Shown: in pieces, positions 53,015 through 64,000 of the stretch | Numbering within the stretch: position 1 is the first letter of the stretch | How the letters are laid out: every line of letters starts with the position of its first letter | Made by a program: the position numbers and the translations under genes | Notes under the pieces: generated by a model | Told to the model about the DNA's origin: nothing | Seen by the model: the letters and a program-made list of their open reading frames with translations, nothing else | The model's database searches: none | NCBI RefSeq assembly: GCF_963921235.1 | Contig: NC_086109.1 | Coordinates: 35,962,001 to 36,026,000 of the forward strand | Source: Mobula hypostoma | Taxonomy: Eukaryota | DNA length: 64,000 nucleotides | Reading direction: 5' to 3'

Positions 53015-53840
53015 AGATACATCCTAAGGTGCACTGGGACACATCATCACTGATATAACTCTGAGTCATTGGGTGTTTAGGGACTTTCAACATCACTCTT
53101 TCCCTGGTGACCCAGCTGGGGATGATCAGGCCCTGGCTTAAGTCCCAGCAGCACTGGTCCACAGGTCACACCTCGTAATCCATCGCCATCTGGAGACTCA
53201 ATCAGCAGCTTCTGTGATGGTTTTTTTTTTGCAGCCTCTGAAATTCCAGGGAGAGAGTAGGGCCTAGAGAGAGAGTAGCCAGAAAAACCTCTACACCCAA
53301 CTTCTACAGGCTCGGTTCATGCCATCTACCCTGTCTCTGGCACTGCCCTACCAGCTCCTGGTATTTGACTTTCTTACGCTCAAATGCTCTTCAGTCTGGT
53401 CTTCCAAAGCTGCTTTGAGGTTTCGGACAGAATGACCATGACTAGCCTCATGGATGATGAGGTGATGAAGACAGGGATCTTGACTTGCTTGCCAAAATCA
53501 ACTTTCAGTTACCAGTCTGACACCATGACAACAAGCCTGCTGGTGATATGGGCTGAGGCTGTGATTGGCCTTCAGCTTTGACGAAGTCTATGGGATTTCT
53601 GGGTTGTTAATGGCTAATGAGATACTTTTGGCGACTGCCTACAGCACCTGGCATGGTGCCAGCAGTAGCGTCCTTCTCCTATGTCTTTTGGGCAGCTACT
53701 GAAAATGTGTCCCAGGGTCCCACTGCCAGGGCAGAGAGATCGTGTCACTACTTCATTTTTGCCACAAGCTAAAAAATTTACCAGAGTCTGCAGGACGTCA
53801 TACACAATCTGGATCATGAACTTGATGCATTGAGGTTCTA
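53015..53840 (-). mobile_element. HERO/NeSL-like non-LTR retrotransposon 3' fragment (CCHC and restriction-like endonuclease)
   Basis: Minus strand reads SLCPGSGTLGHIFSSCPK..GEGRY, then ILSETSKQL, then WEDQTEEAFERKKVKYQELVGQC, then EPVEVGCRGF, across frameshifts. Confidence 0.75.
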
Positions 53841-54375
53841 ACTAGTTTTGATGATCTAAATATGCTGTCTGCAACAGACATTTAGAACAGAACTCTACAT
53901 CTTCCTATAATACCATTTCATTAGAAATTCATCCCATATTGGTGGCCCTATAGTAAAAATATCACACTGCATCAAAAATTGGAATAACGTTTTAGAGTAC
54001 AATATGATAACATCAAAGATAAATTTCTAGGCATTTATACTGTTCTGAGTTTTCATTCAAGAGCTATAATTATACATTTAAAATGTATTTCTTGTTTGGA
54101 ATTATGCTATTTTGTTTTGGATTTAGTGATTCTTTTCCTTTACTTCTCTTATTTAAAACAACTCAATAGTTCAACCAAGGTCAAGGACTAATACTTAGAG
54201 TAATTGATCTAACTTAGCTCTGCAGGACCTCGCTGTATCCAAGAATTTGGTTGTGTTCATCAATGCTGTTAGAATCATTCCACTTTGAAAATGCTTTATC
54301 TACTGTTAAGTGCCAAGAGGCATCTTGTAGGGATCCTAAAGTAATCAAGGCACAGAAGAGATTTAAAAAAAGTTG

Positions 54376-55841
54376 ACAACAGGAATTCTGCAGATGCTGG
54401 AAATCCAAGCAACACACATCAAAGTTGCTGGTGAACGCAGAAAGGCCAGGCAGCATCTCTAGGAAGAGGTACAGTCGACGTTTCAGGCTGAGACCCTTCG
54501 TCAGGACTAACTGAATGAAGAGTTAGTAAGAGATTTGAAAGTGGGAGGGGGAGGGGGAGATCCAAAATGATAGGAGAAGACAGGAGGGGGAGGGATGGAG
54601 CCAAGAGCTGGACAGGTGATTGGCAAAGGAGATATGAGAGGATCATGGGACAGGAGGTCTGGGGAGAAAGACGGGGGGGGGTGGAAACCCAGAGGATGGG
54701 CAAGGGGTATAGTGAGAGGGACAGAGGGAGAAAAAGGAGAGAGAGAGAAAGGATGTGTGTACATAAATAAATAACGGATGGGATACGAGGGGGAGGTGGG
54801 GCATTAGCGGAAGTTTGAGAAGTCAATGTTCATGCCATCAGGTTGGAGGCTACCCAGACGGAATATAAGGTGTTGTTCCTCCAACCTGAGTGTGGCTTCA
54901 TCTTTACAGTAGAGGAGGCGTGGATAGGCATGTCAGAATGGGAATTGGATGTGGAATTAAAATATGTGGCCATTCGGAGATCCTGCTTTCTCTGGCGGAC
55001 AGAGTAGAGCAAAGTGGTCTCCCAGTCTGCGTCGGGTCTCACCAATATATAGAAGGCCGCATCGGGAGCACCGGACACAGTATATCACCCCAGCTGACTC
55101 ACAGGTGAAGTGCTGCCTCACCTGGAAAGACTGTCTGGGGCCCTGAATGGTGGTAAGGGAGGAAGTGTAAGGGCATGTGTAGCACTTGTTCCGCTTACAA
55201 GGATAAGTGCCAGGAGGGAGATCAGTGGGGAGGGATGGGGGGGACGAATGGACAAGGGAGTCGCGTAGGGAGCGATTCCTGCGGAAAGCAGAGAGGAGGT
55301 GGAGAGAAAGATGTGCTTTGTGGTGGGACCCCGTTGGAGGTGGCGGAAGTTACAGAGAATAATATGTTGGACCCGGAGGCTGGTGGGGTGGTAGGTGAGA
55401 ACCAGGGGAACCCTATCCCTAGTGGGGTGGCGGGAGGATGGAGTGAGAGCAGATGTGCATGAACGGGGGGAGATGCGTTTGAGAGCAGAGTTGATGGCGG
55501 AGGAAGGAAAGCCCCTTTCTTTAAAAAAGGAAGACATCTCCCTCGTCCTGGAATGAAAAGTCTCATCCTGAGAGCAGATGCTGCAAAGACGGAGGAATTG
55601 CGAGAAGGGGATGGCATTTTTGCAAGAGACAGGGTGAGAAGAGGAATAGTCCAGATAGCTGTGAGAGTCAGTAGGCTTATGGTAGACATCAGTCGATAAG
55701 TTGTCTACAGAGATAGAGACAGAAAGATCTAGAAAGCGGAGAGAGGTATCGGAAATGGACCAGATAAACTTGAGGGCAGGGTGAAAGTTGGAGGCAAAGT
55801 TAATAAAGTCAACGAGCTCAGCATGCATGCAGGAAGGAGCA
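54376..55841 (-). mobile_element. 5'-truncated Penelope-like element (RT C-terminus, GIY-YIG, terminal repeat)
   Basis: FLDLSV...DVYHKPTDSHSYLDYSSSHP..CKNAIPFSQFLRL; GVIYCVRCSRCGLLYIGET. 12-bp TSD taaaaaaagttg at 54364-54375 and 55842-55853. Confidence 0.92.
54473..54508 (-). ncRNA. Minimal type-I hammerhead ribozyme motif with intact core
   Basis: Minus strand reads AGUC CUGACGA AGGGUCUCAGCCU GAAACGUC^GACU; stem I is AGUC/GACU. Confidence 0.75.
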
Positions 55842-55894
55842 TAAAAAAAGTTGCTTTCCTTTCGATCAGTCACTAGAAACCTATAAATATTCTT

Positions 55895-58800
55895 CATCAT
55901 CATCATCCTCAGGTGCCATGCCCAATTTGAGGTTTGACTGCCATGGCCCACACACACTCCTGTTTCGGGTCAAGTGGATCAATTTGTTGGTATTCACTTC
56001 CAGTTCTCTGGCTGCTGTCTCCATCATCATTTGTCTTTGTCTTCCTCTTGCTTTCTTCCCTTCAATCGTTCCCATAATTACCATGCATTCTAACTCCTCT
56101 TTCCTAATCACATGTCCAATGAAGTTATGTTGCCTTTTCACGATCTCATACATTATTTCTTTTTTTCTGTCTGCTCTGTTCATGATATCCTCGTTAGATA
56201 GTCGTTTCATCCATGATATTCTCTGCATCCTCCTCAAAAACCATATCTCTGCTGTTACAATTTGTTTCCTCATGTTACCAGATATTGTCCAACATTCTGA
56301 GCCATATAACATAACTGGATAAACGTAACATTTCAGTACTCTGAGATGGGTTGTCATGCCTAGTTTAGTACTGGTCAGTGTACTCTTCATTCTTGTAAAG
56401 GTGTCTTTTGCCATCCCTATTCTTCTTTTGATGTCCAAGTCGCACGTGCCATCTGATGTCACCCAGCTTCCTAAGTAGCAAAAGTTCCGTACTTGTTTTA
56501 TTTCTTCCCCGTTTATTCTCAGCCTGCAGATAGGATTCTCCTTCTTTTTGGATATCACCATACATTCTGTCTTTTTGTGATTGATAGATAGACCTATATT
56601 TTACACCTTCTTCAACAATTATATCAATTAAGTTTTGTAGTTCTTCCTCCGTACTTTCAATTAACAGTGTCAACGGCATATCTGAAATTATTGATGTTTT
56701 CACTGCCAACTTTGATTCCCAAGATGTCTCTTATTTTTTGTAATATTGTTACACAGTACACATTAAATAAATCAGGGGAGAAAACACACCCTTGTCTAAC
56801 GCCTCTCTTGATTTTCTTAAACTGACTCACTTCTCTACGTATTCTTACAGCAGCAGTTTGTTCCCAGTACAGATTTCTGATTAGGCGGAGGTCTTTGGAA
56901 TCTAGATCCAGAGTTCCCTGTAATTTTTCAAGTAACTTATTGTGCTTCACTTTATCAAATGCTTTTGTGTAGTTGATAAAACAAACAAATCTTTTTGGAC
57001 TTGAATAGCTCGTTCTGATAGTATCCTTAACATTAATAATGTGTTTCTTGTACCTTTGTCTTTCACAAAACCACATTGTTCTTTACCTATTTCAGCCTGT
57101 ATCTTACTTTTAGCTCTTGTCATCAAAATTCTTAGAAGTATCTTGGTGATATGACTCAATAAAATTATAGTCCTGTGTAATTCACATTCTATTGCTCCAG
57201 GTTTCTTCGGAAGAGTGATAAATACTGAATTTTTTCATCTCTTCTGGTATTATTCCAGTCTCATAAATGTCATTGAATAAATCAGTAAGTTTTTCAATTC
57301 CATAATCTTCCAAGGTGATATTTTGTTCTATTACTGATTTATCAGGACCTGCTGCCTTTCTTTTCTTCATCTTATTTATTGTATTACGAACTTCAGATTT
57401 TAAAATACTTGGACCTTCAATGTTTTTCTTAATTTCTGGTTTTTCGCTGGTCTTCAAACAATTCCTGAATATACTCAGTCGATCTGTTCATAATCTCATC
57501 TTTTTCCATGATAATGGTACCGTCCTTTGCTTTCAAACATCCACCTGAAGAACAGAGGAGCTTTTTATCGGTGATATTCTTGATTTGTTGATGTAACCTT
57601 TTTGGATCAGTAATAGGGATTCTTTCTATTTGCTCATATTCCTAGTTTATTCATTCTTCTTTGGCTTTTTGACATAAGCTTTTAACTTTTTTATCTAAGG
57701 ACTTATACTCTATAGGATTTGCTTTCTTCCATCTCCTTTCTTCCATTAGATTTTTGATTTCATCTGTCATCCATTTATTCTTCGTGCTTTTTTCTTCTTT
57801 AGGAATCACTGACTTTACTGATTCTACCAAGGCCTCCCTTAGGGAGTTAAATTTCATTTCTACATGATTGCTATCATCTTCAACAGATTCTATTTCTAGA
57901 CTTTGAAATCTATTCCTTACTTCAATTGTAAATTTTCATCTTAAATTTTCTCCTTTAATTAATTGCAAGTAATCAGGGGATTGTTCAGGTTTTTGCTTCT
58001 TAAGTTTTTTATGTTTTACTTTTACATGACATACTACTGGGTTATGGTCACTATTACAGTCTGCACCTGGATATGTTTTGCTGAGTTTCTAAATCTTTGG
58101 TTTATAGTAATAAAGTCAATTTGATTTCTAGTGTTATCACCTGGACTTTTCCAGGTCCACAAGCTTCTTAGATGGTTTTTAAAGTACGTATTCATAACGA
58201 TCTGATTATTCATCTTGGTCCATTCTACCCATTTCTCACCTCTTTCATTTCTTTCCCCTAGTCCAAATTTTCCGACGGTATTTCCATCAGCACCTTGTCC
58301 TACTTTAGCATTTAGATCTCCCATGACAACAACAATATCTTGAGATTTGCATCCATTCTTTGCTTGTTCAAGCTCTTCATAGAATTTATCTATATCCTCA
58401 TTTGTTCCATCTGTTGTTGGTACATATACCTGTACAATTGCTAAATCAAATGGTTGTCCTCTGAATCTAACAAGAGGCACTCTTTCTGGTATTGCCCAAT
58501 GTCCTAAAACACCTTTTGCCATGTTTTCATCCATAAGAATTCCTACTCCATTAGTATGGGATGTTCTATAAGAATAAATTAGTGCTTTATTTCTATTCGG
58601 ACATGTTCCAGCACCTATCCAACGAACTTCACTAATTTCCGTGTTAATCTTTAGTCTTTCCACTTCATTTATCACATTGTCCAATCTTCCTGCTTGATAT
58701 AGGGTCCTTTCATTCCAAGTGGCAATAATTTTATTTTGTGTTACTTGAATTTTATGAGCAGTAGCTTGATGACGGTCGGGGATCCCCTGCTGACCAGAAT

Positions 58801-59130
58801 CAACCCTACCGAGCCAAGCATCTTCAGAATTGTCTTGTAGATCCTCTTGATGCTGTTGTCGTGTGATACATTTTGTGAGTTTGTCCTGGCTATGATGCTA
58901 ATCTGCAACCGCTGATGAGGCTCTGACTGGGGGCTTTCAGAGCTTTGGTGAAAGTGGAGTTACCCCTTATTGCTCCCAGGGCCGCTCTGACCCGGAACAG
59001 TAGCATCTGCAAGGGTTCCTGCTCAGGATACGAGCGAAGGCCAATGGCAGATCCGGCAGGTTCAGTAACTGAACTTATGACGGAGAAGGCGGATGAGCTA
59101 GGACCTCAAATTTCAATGGCTATAGTACAG
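55895..59130 (-). mobile_element. Near full-length RTE-clade LINE (APE endonuclease and RT), frameshifted
   Basis: EN: ISEVRW...QVYVPT...MGDLNAKVG...NQIDFI. RT: KAAGPD, KAFDKV, GVRQGCVFSP, FRYAVD. C-terminus FCYLGS...MLYGSECWT. A (gat)n tail lies at about 55895-55907. The 5' boundary is uncertain. Confidence 0.92.
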
Positions 59131-60989
59131 GCAGATGAACATTTGGGAAGAGAAATGGCGATTTCTTTAGTTTGCCCACCATTGCTAGATACTAGGTTTC
59201 CTAGAATCTATTTGCTAAGAAATATTCCTCATAGAGGGGAAAAAGAACAAACTTTTCAAATTCTTCATTGAAGATAGTCTATTATATTTGGAAATTAAAT
59301 TTGAAACTGTGGGAAAAATTTGCACTAATTCTATTTTGCACTCTCCACTATATTGCCATAAATCTTCAATTTCATGATATAAGTTCAATTCCAGATGTAA
59401 AATATTAAAATGACAACATTGAAAACATTGAAAATAAGCTTACCCAGATAGTTTTTGATATTTTTCGAATCACTCCTCACTTCTAGATAAGCAGGTCTCA
59501 GTTGTTTAGGACTAGTCAGGAGAAAGAGCATTCTCTTGAGATCAGTTCAGAGTCTTCACATTCTACTGCATGACTGAAAATGGAAGTGGCAGTTCGAACA
59601 CATAGACAAAATTGGCAGAACATTTGAAAATGGAAAATCAGACCAAATACTTATACACTGAGCAATTCACGGTGCTAATTTTATATCTCTCACCAATAAT
59701 ATTGCATTTTTGATGCTGCTATTTGATGTATGCTTTATGTTATTACTAGTGATACACATCAATAAGATACCAATCACAAACAAGAGAAAATAAGATACTA
59801 ATCCATTTTGTGACTTTGCATTAATTGATTTTATCTTCAGATGGAGGGTCAAATCAGCAAAACGAACACTGCGATAAAATCTTCTGTCCATCTTCTTACT
59901 TTATTACTCTATTTTTGTGATATTAATCTGCTGCAATGGCAAATTTCTCTCAGGACTCATTGAAAATTAACCGACTATCTGTAACCTTAATATTAAGATA
60001 TTAAGACCTCAGTCCAAGGTAATGAAGAGTTTCCTGTTGTGTCAGTTTTGTAACCTTGATACGGTTTCCACATCAGGGTGCTTAGGATGGAAAGTTATGA
60101 AACATTGCAGAAGTAGTTTGCTTTATTGTTCTTGAGGCATCTTGCATAGACAGAGTATTACAGGATCTTCTTACCCGATCATTAGTCTAGGAACCTGCAG
60201 TAAAACATGCTTTCCCCATCATCCTACCTACACCAATTCCCTGGGCAGTCACCAATCATTTCCTCTGTTCAATTTTCTCTTGTGTTTGATATCCTCTGAT
60301 TGGTGGTTTCCTATCCCCACACTCCTCCTGACCTTGCAATCCCATCCTTCCAGTTCTCTAATCACCCATTCTACCCTCAGTTCCTGGCTTCCAGTCTTTG
60401 CCCTTGTCTAACCATTGATCTGCAGTTCCACTCTGGACTCTGAATTCATGCTTCTTCCAGCCTTCAATGCTCTACTCCACCACAGATTCCAGCCTTCCAA
60501 GACTGACCTCACTCCCTCTCCACACATATCTGGGGCTTCATTTACACTGCTCCTCATATCAACTATATAACAGACCTCGCTCCTAACTCTCGTGTCTGCC
60601 CAAATGCACACATACCATTCACTTGTTTTGATCTCTGTTCCTTAAGGAACCTATCATACTCTCCCACTGATAAAATCTCAGGCTAAGGTTGATGACACAA
60701 TTCATAATTGGTGCTCTGTAATTGCATTGTTCTATTGGCTGCACTAAAATGTCCAAACCCTTCTCCACCATGTATGACCTCAATGTAAGGTGCTAAGCAG
60801 CAATAACTCTTTCTTCTTGATACAATCTACATAAGAAGCATAAGATTGACCATATTCTTATTAATCTACATTGTGGGTGAATTCATGACACAAGTAGAAC
60901 TAAATGGCTAGGATTAAATCAATTGCAGAGATGTGGTTACAAAGCGCAAAATCTAAAAGTCAAAAGTAAATGAGGAGTTCGATCAAATT

Positions 60990-61800
60990 GTCAACACCAA
61001 GAAGAAGATAAAAACGTTATCACTGGAGAAATTAATGAGACTTAGAACTGGTAGATCTCCCAGATCTGATGTCCTGTATTGCAGGATTTGAAGAAGCTTT
61101 GTCAAGGATAGTGCAGCATCTGGCTATCTTGATCCAAAATTCCACAGATTCTAAAATTGTAAGGTAGAAGTGTAACCCTACTGTTTAAAAAAAAGACAAG
61201 TGAGGAAGTGACCAGAGAACTATAGACTAGTTTGTCTGGGAACATACATGAATCTATTACAATGGAGTGGTAATGGGCTGTTGGAAAATAACAGAAGGAC
61301 TGGGCAGAGAAAACATGGAATTATAGAAAGCAAATCCAGTCCAACAAATATGTTAGAGTTTTTTTGAGATTGTAACTCGCAGAATTGATGAGCAGAAGCT
61401 GGTTGAAGACAGAGCATATGGCGGCTTTCAATGAAAAAGTATTTGAGTGGAAGAATAGGAAAATCTTGCTCTAATTATATACAACCCTGAGATGATCATG
61501 CCTGAAACTTTGTTTGCACATCTGGTCTTCCAATCTGAGGAAGGGTATGCCTACAATAGATGGAGTGCAGTGAGAGCCCATTAAATTCCTAAATGGCTGA
61601 CTTAACATATGACAAATAATTATACAGACAAGGCATATGCTCTCTTTAGTCTTGAAGTGTGTGAGGTGATTTCATTGAAACGTACAAAATTCTTATGGAA
61701 CAAAGAGGAGAATGTTTTCAATGTGCGTGGAGGCTAAGAGCAGGAGTCACAGTTTCAAATTATTGGGCTGTGCATTACCTCCTGAGGTGAAACACTGTTT
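60990..61800 (+). mobile_element. Old, heavily degenerate CR1 ORF2 fragments
   Basis: agatctcccagatctgatg, aactatagactagtt, tggtcttccaatctgaggaagg and gaggtgatttcattgaaacgtacaaaattctt match CR1 RT and 3' motifs. Confidence 0.55.
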
Positions 61801-61814
61801 ATGCACAGATAAAA

Positions 61815-62390
61815 TTCAGAATCAGGCTGATTATCATTGACGCATGTCATGTGTCATGAAATTGTTGTTTTGTTGCAGTAGTACAGAAGCAGATATAAAA
61901 ATCACAAAATGAACAAATAGTGCAAAAGGTAAATAATGGACTGTTCAGGAATTTGATGGCAGAGTGGAAGATGCTGTTCTTAAAATGTTGAAAGTGGATC
62001 TTTGTGCTCCTGTGGCTCCTCCCTGAGGCAAGAGGGCAGGTGCCAGAGGGTGACGGCCCTTCTTAAGGCATCAGCTTTTGAAAATGTCCTCAGTGGAGGG
62101 AGGGTAGCACCCATAATGGAACTGGCCGTGTCTATGACCCTCTGTAGCCTTTTGTGATCCTGCGTATTGGAGGCTTCATACCAGCCTGTGATGCAACTAG
62201 TCAAATTGCCCTCTGCCATGCGTCTCTTGAAATTTCCTGTAGTCTTTGGTGACATAGCAAATCTACTCAAACTCCAAATGAAGTAGAGCGTAAATGCATG
62301 AATGTGTTCAGCCTAGGTTATATCCTCTGCGATGATGGTACTCAGGAACTTGAAGCTACTCACCCTTTCCACCAGTGACCCCCTCAATGA
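61815..62390 (-). mobile_element. Rex1/Babar-type LINE 3' fragment
   Basis: ORF 61980-62270 LTSCITGWYEASNTQDHKRLQRVIDTASSIMG; tail attcagaatcagg on +. Confidence 0.7.
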
Positions 62391-62649
62391 ATCTACCTTT
62401 GGAATTCACAACCTAAGAGGGCCGAGGAGGCTTAGTTACTGAATATATTCAAGAGAGAATTAGATAGATGCTTAGAAATAAATGAAATAAATATGAAAAT
62501 AGTGCAGGAGAGCAGTGTTATTGCAAAAGATCAGTCAAGCTCAAATAAATGGTAAGTCGTTTATGATGAGTCAAATAGTCTTATCCTGCATCTTCCTTAT
62601 TTTAACTTTTCAAATTCATAATCATACACCATGGAACAATATGGGAAAG

Positions 62650-62877
62650 TGTGGTAAACCATATATATGTTGTAACTGGGTTAACTGTCTGGACAAACCC
62701 CTCTGCTCTTGCCCCTGTGGCTCCTCCCACAGATTCCTGAATAAAGGTGATTTTGCCTTGCCCCTCCCCCTCAGTCCGGGGGCAGACACTCACCACGGAG
62801 GTCGTATTGTACAGCGAATAAAAGCCTTTCAGTATTTTACCCAACTTCACTCTTTTGAATTTATTGAAGGTGCTTCA
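62650..62877 (+). mobile_element. Solo LTR (228 bp), same family as 46974-47205
   Basis: tgtggtaaacca...gtgcttca with a 5-bp TSD gaaag (62645-62649 and 62878-62882). Confidence 0.9.
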
Positions 62878-62999
62878 GAAAGAAAGCTGATGGCCATAGA
62901 AAATAACAATCCATGTAGGATAATCCGGTTGACCATTGAGTATTGATAAATCTATCAGAAGGCATTAGACTTGGCACAAAACATATGGTCTGCCCAACA

Positions 63000-63562
63000 G
63001 TCAGGATTTCTGTCTTACATGCTATCGAGAACTATAGTGAACATCTCAATGCATCACAAAAAAAATCACCAATGCTATCTTTGCAAAAACCTCCAGATTT
63101 ACAGTATGAACAAGTGAACCAGCATCAGTGGTCTCTACCAGGCCACGATCCTCAGTCTTGAATCTCGTCACACTCAGTCAGTGGTCGAGTGTAGGTCACA
63201 TTATTTATACAATCAACATGAACCTCCTGAATCAAACACTCTATTGTGAACTATGTCATTGAAAAGAGACTACCAGACAGAGACACAAAAATATTTTAGC
63301 TCTTTGAAGAAATGCAATATCCTTAAGACTCCTGGAAACCTCTGGCCCATGACTGCTTAGAACAGAGAACCTCAGAGCCATGCACTTGCAACACATGGAG
63401 GATCGTTATAGATTATGGAAAGAGTGCACCAGCTCACCAGCTATACACAAGGCAGCCATGTCAGACTCCCCCATCTCATCTGTAAAAGAGTCTGCAGTCC
63501 TGTCTCATCTGTAAAAGAGTCTGCAGTTCCCACACTTTTCTCATTAGCCACCTCAGAACCCT
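63000..63562 (+). mobile_element. Degenerate RTE-type 3' fragment
   Basis: Ends in a C2H2-like remnant CKRVCSSHTFLISHLRT, with a local tandem duplication of tctcatctgtaaaagagtctgcagt. Confidence 0.5.
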
Positions 63563-63584
63563 CAGTATCAGAGAAGTAAGGAAG

Positions 63585-63840
63585 ACAATAAGACACAGGA
63601 GCAGAATTAGGACATCTGGCACATCAAATCGGCTGCACCATTCCAATATGGTGGATTGATTGTTCCTCTCAACCCCGTCCTTTAGACTTCTTCCTGTAAC
63701 CTTTGATACCCTTACTAATCAAGGACTTTTCAACCTCTGCTTTAAATATAAAAAAAAATGACTTGGCCTCAACAGCAATCTGTGGCAACGGATGTCACAT
63801 ATTCATCATCCTATGGTTAAAGAAATTCCTCCTAAGTAAG
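63585..63840 (-). mobile_element. CR1 3' fragment
   Basis: ataagacacaggagcagaattagg...aacctctgctttaaatata...aagaaattcctcct is the reverse CR1 tail. Confidence 0.7.
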
Positions 63841-64000
63841 TTCTGAAGGGAGTCATGCTTGATCCCAAGGGACTTTCTCAACCATTTATAAAGAAGAACT
63901 TACAGCCAAATGAAAAATTAAGGGATTGCTTTTTACAATGTCGAGATATAATTAAACAAGAGATGTGCATTCTGTTCATAAGCAAGATGCCTGTTGGAGC

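Noticed and set aside
55118..55957. 279-aa ORF as a single gene
   Set aside because: It is a chance read-through from the RTE tail across a spacer into the PLE RT, and it goes out of frame before the GIY-YIG domain.
59443..59512. Possible minus-strand exon (PKQLRPAYLEVRSDSKNIKNYL)
   Set aside because: The splice signals are plausible, but the peptide is unrecognised and no partner exons were found.
46974..62877. One 16-kb LTR element bounded by the two similar LTRs
   Set aside because: Each LTR has its own distinct TSD, and there is no gag/pol between them.
62515..62946. 143-aa ORF
   Set aside because: It runs through a solo LTR and is spurious.
1..64000. CRISPR arrays, operons or other prokaryotic systems
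   Set aside because: The sequence is repeat-rich vertebrate-type DNA with no regularly spaced repeats or gene-dense segments.

Overview
This is AT-rich eukaryotic DNA dominated by transposable elements, either intergenic or intronic. The repeat complement suggests a cartilaginous fish, which is an inference. That complement comprises CR1 LINEs with an esterase-type ORF1, Penelope-like elements (PLEs), V-SINE/HE1-like SINEs, Rex1/Babar fragments and RTEs. I could not identify any host protein-coding gene, and every recognisable ORF is a broken transposon frame. The window holds a 5'-truncated L1-clade insertion with an 18-bp TSD, four large CR1 copies, three GIY-YIG-bearing PLE bodies plus several short PLE-terminus relics, and a decayed Gypsy gag-pol with two nested insertions. 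It also holds a near full-length RTE, a HERO/NeSL-like REL-endonuclease fragment, two solo LTRs of one family with 5-bp TSDs, a fold-back mariner derivative and several SINEs. The most interesting signal is 11 copies of a minimal type-I hammerhead ribozyme motif (stem I - CUGANGA - stem II - GAAACGUC - stem I') at PLE termini. Two copies have intact cores, and several lie in short inverted, TSD-flanked PLE-derived units. Element boundaries were set by eye and are approximate except where a TSD fixes them.
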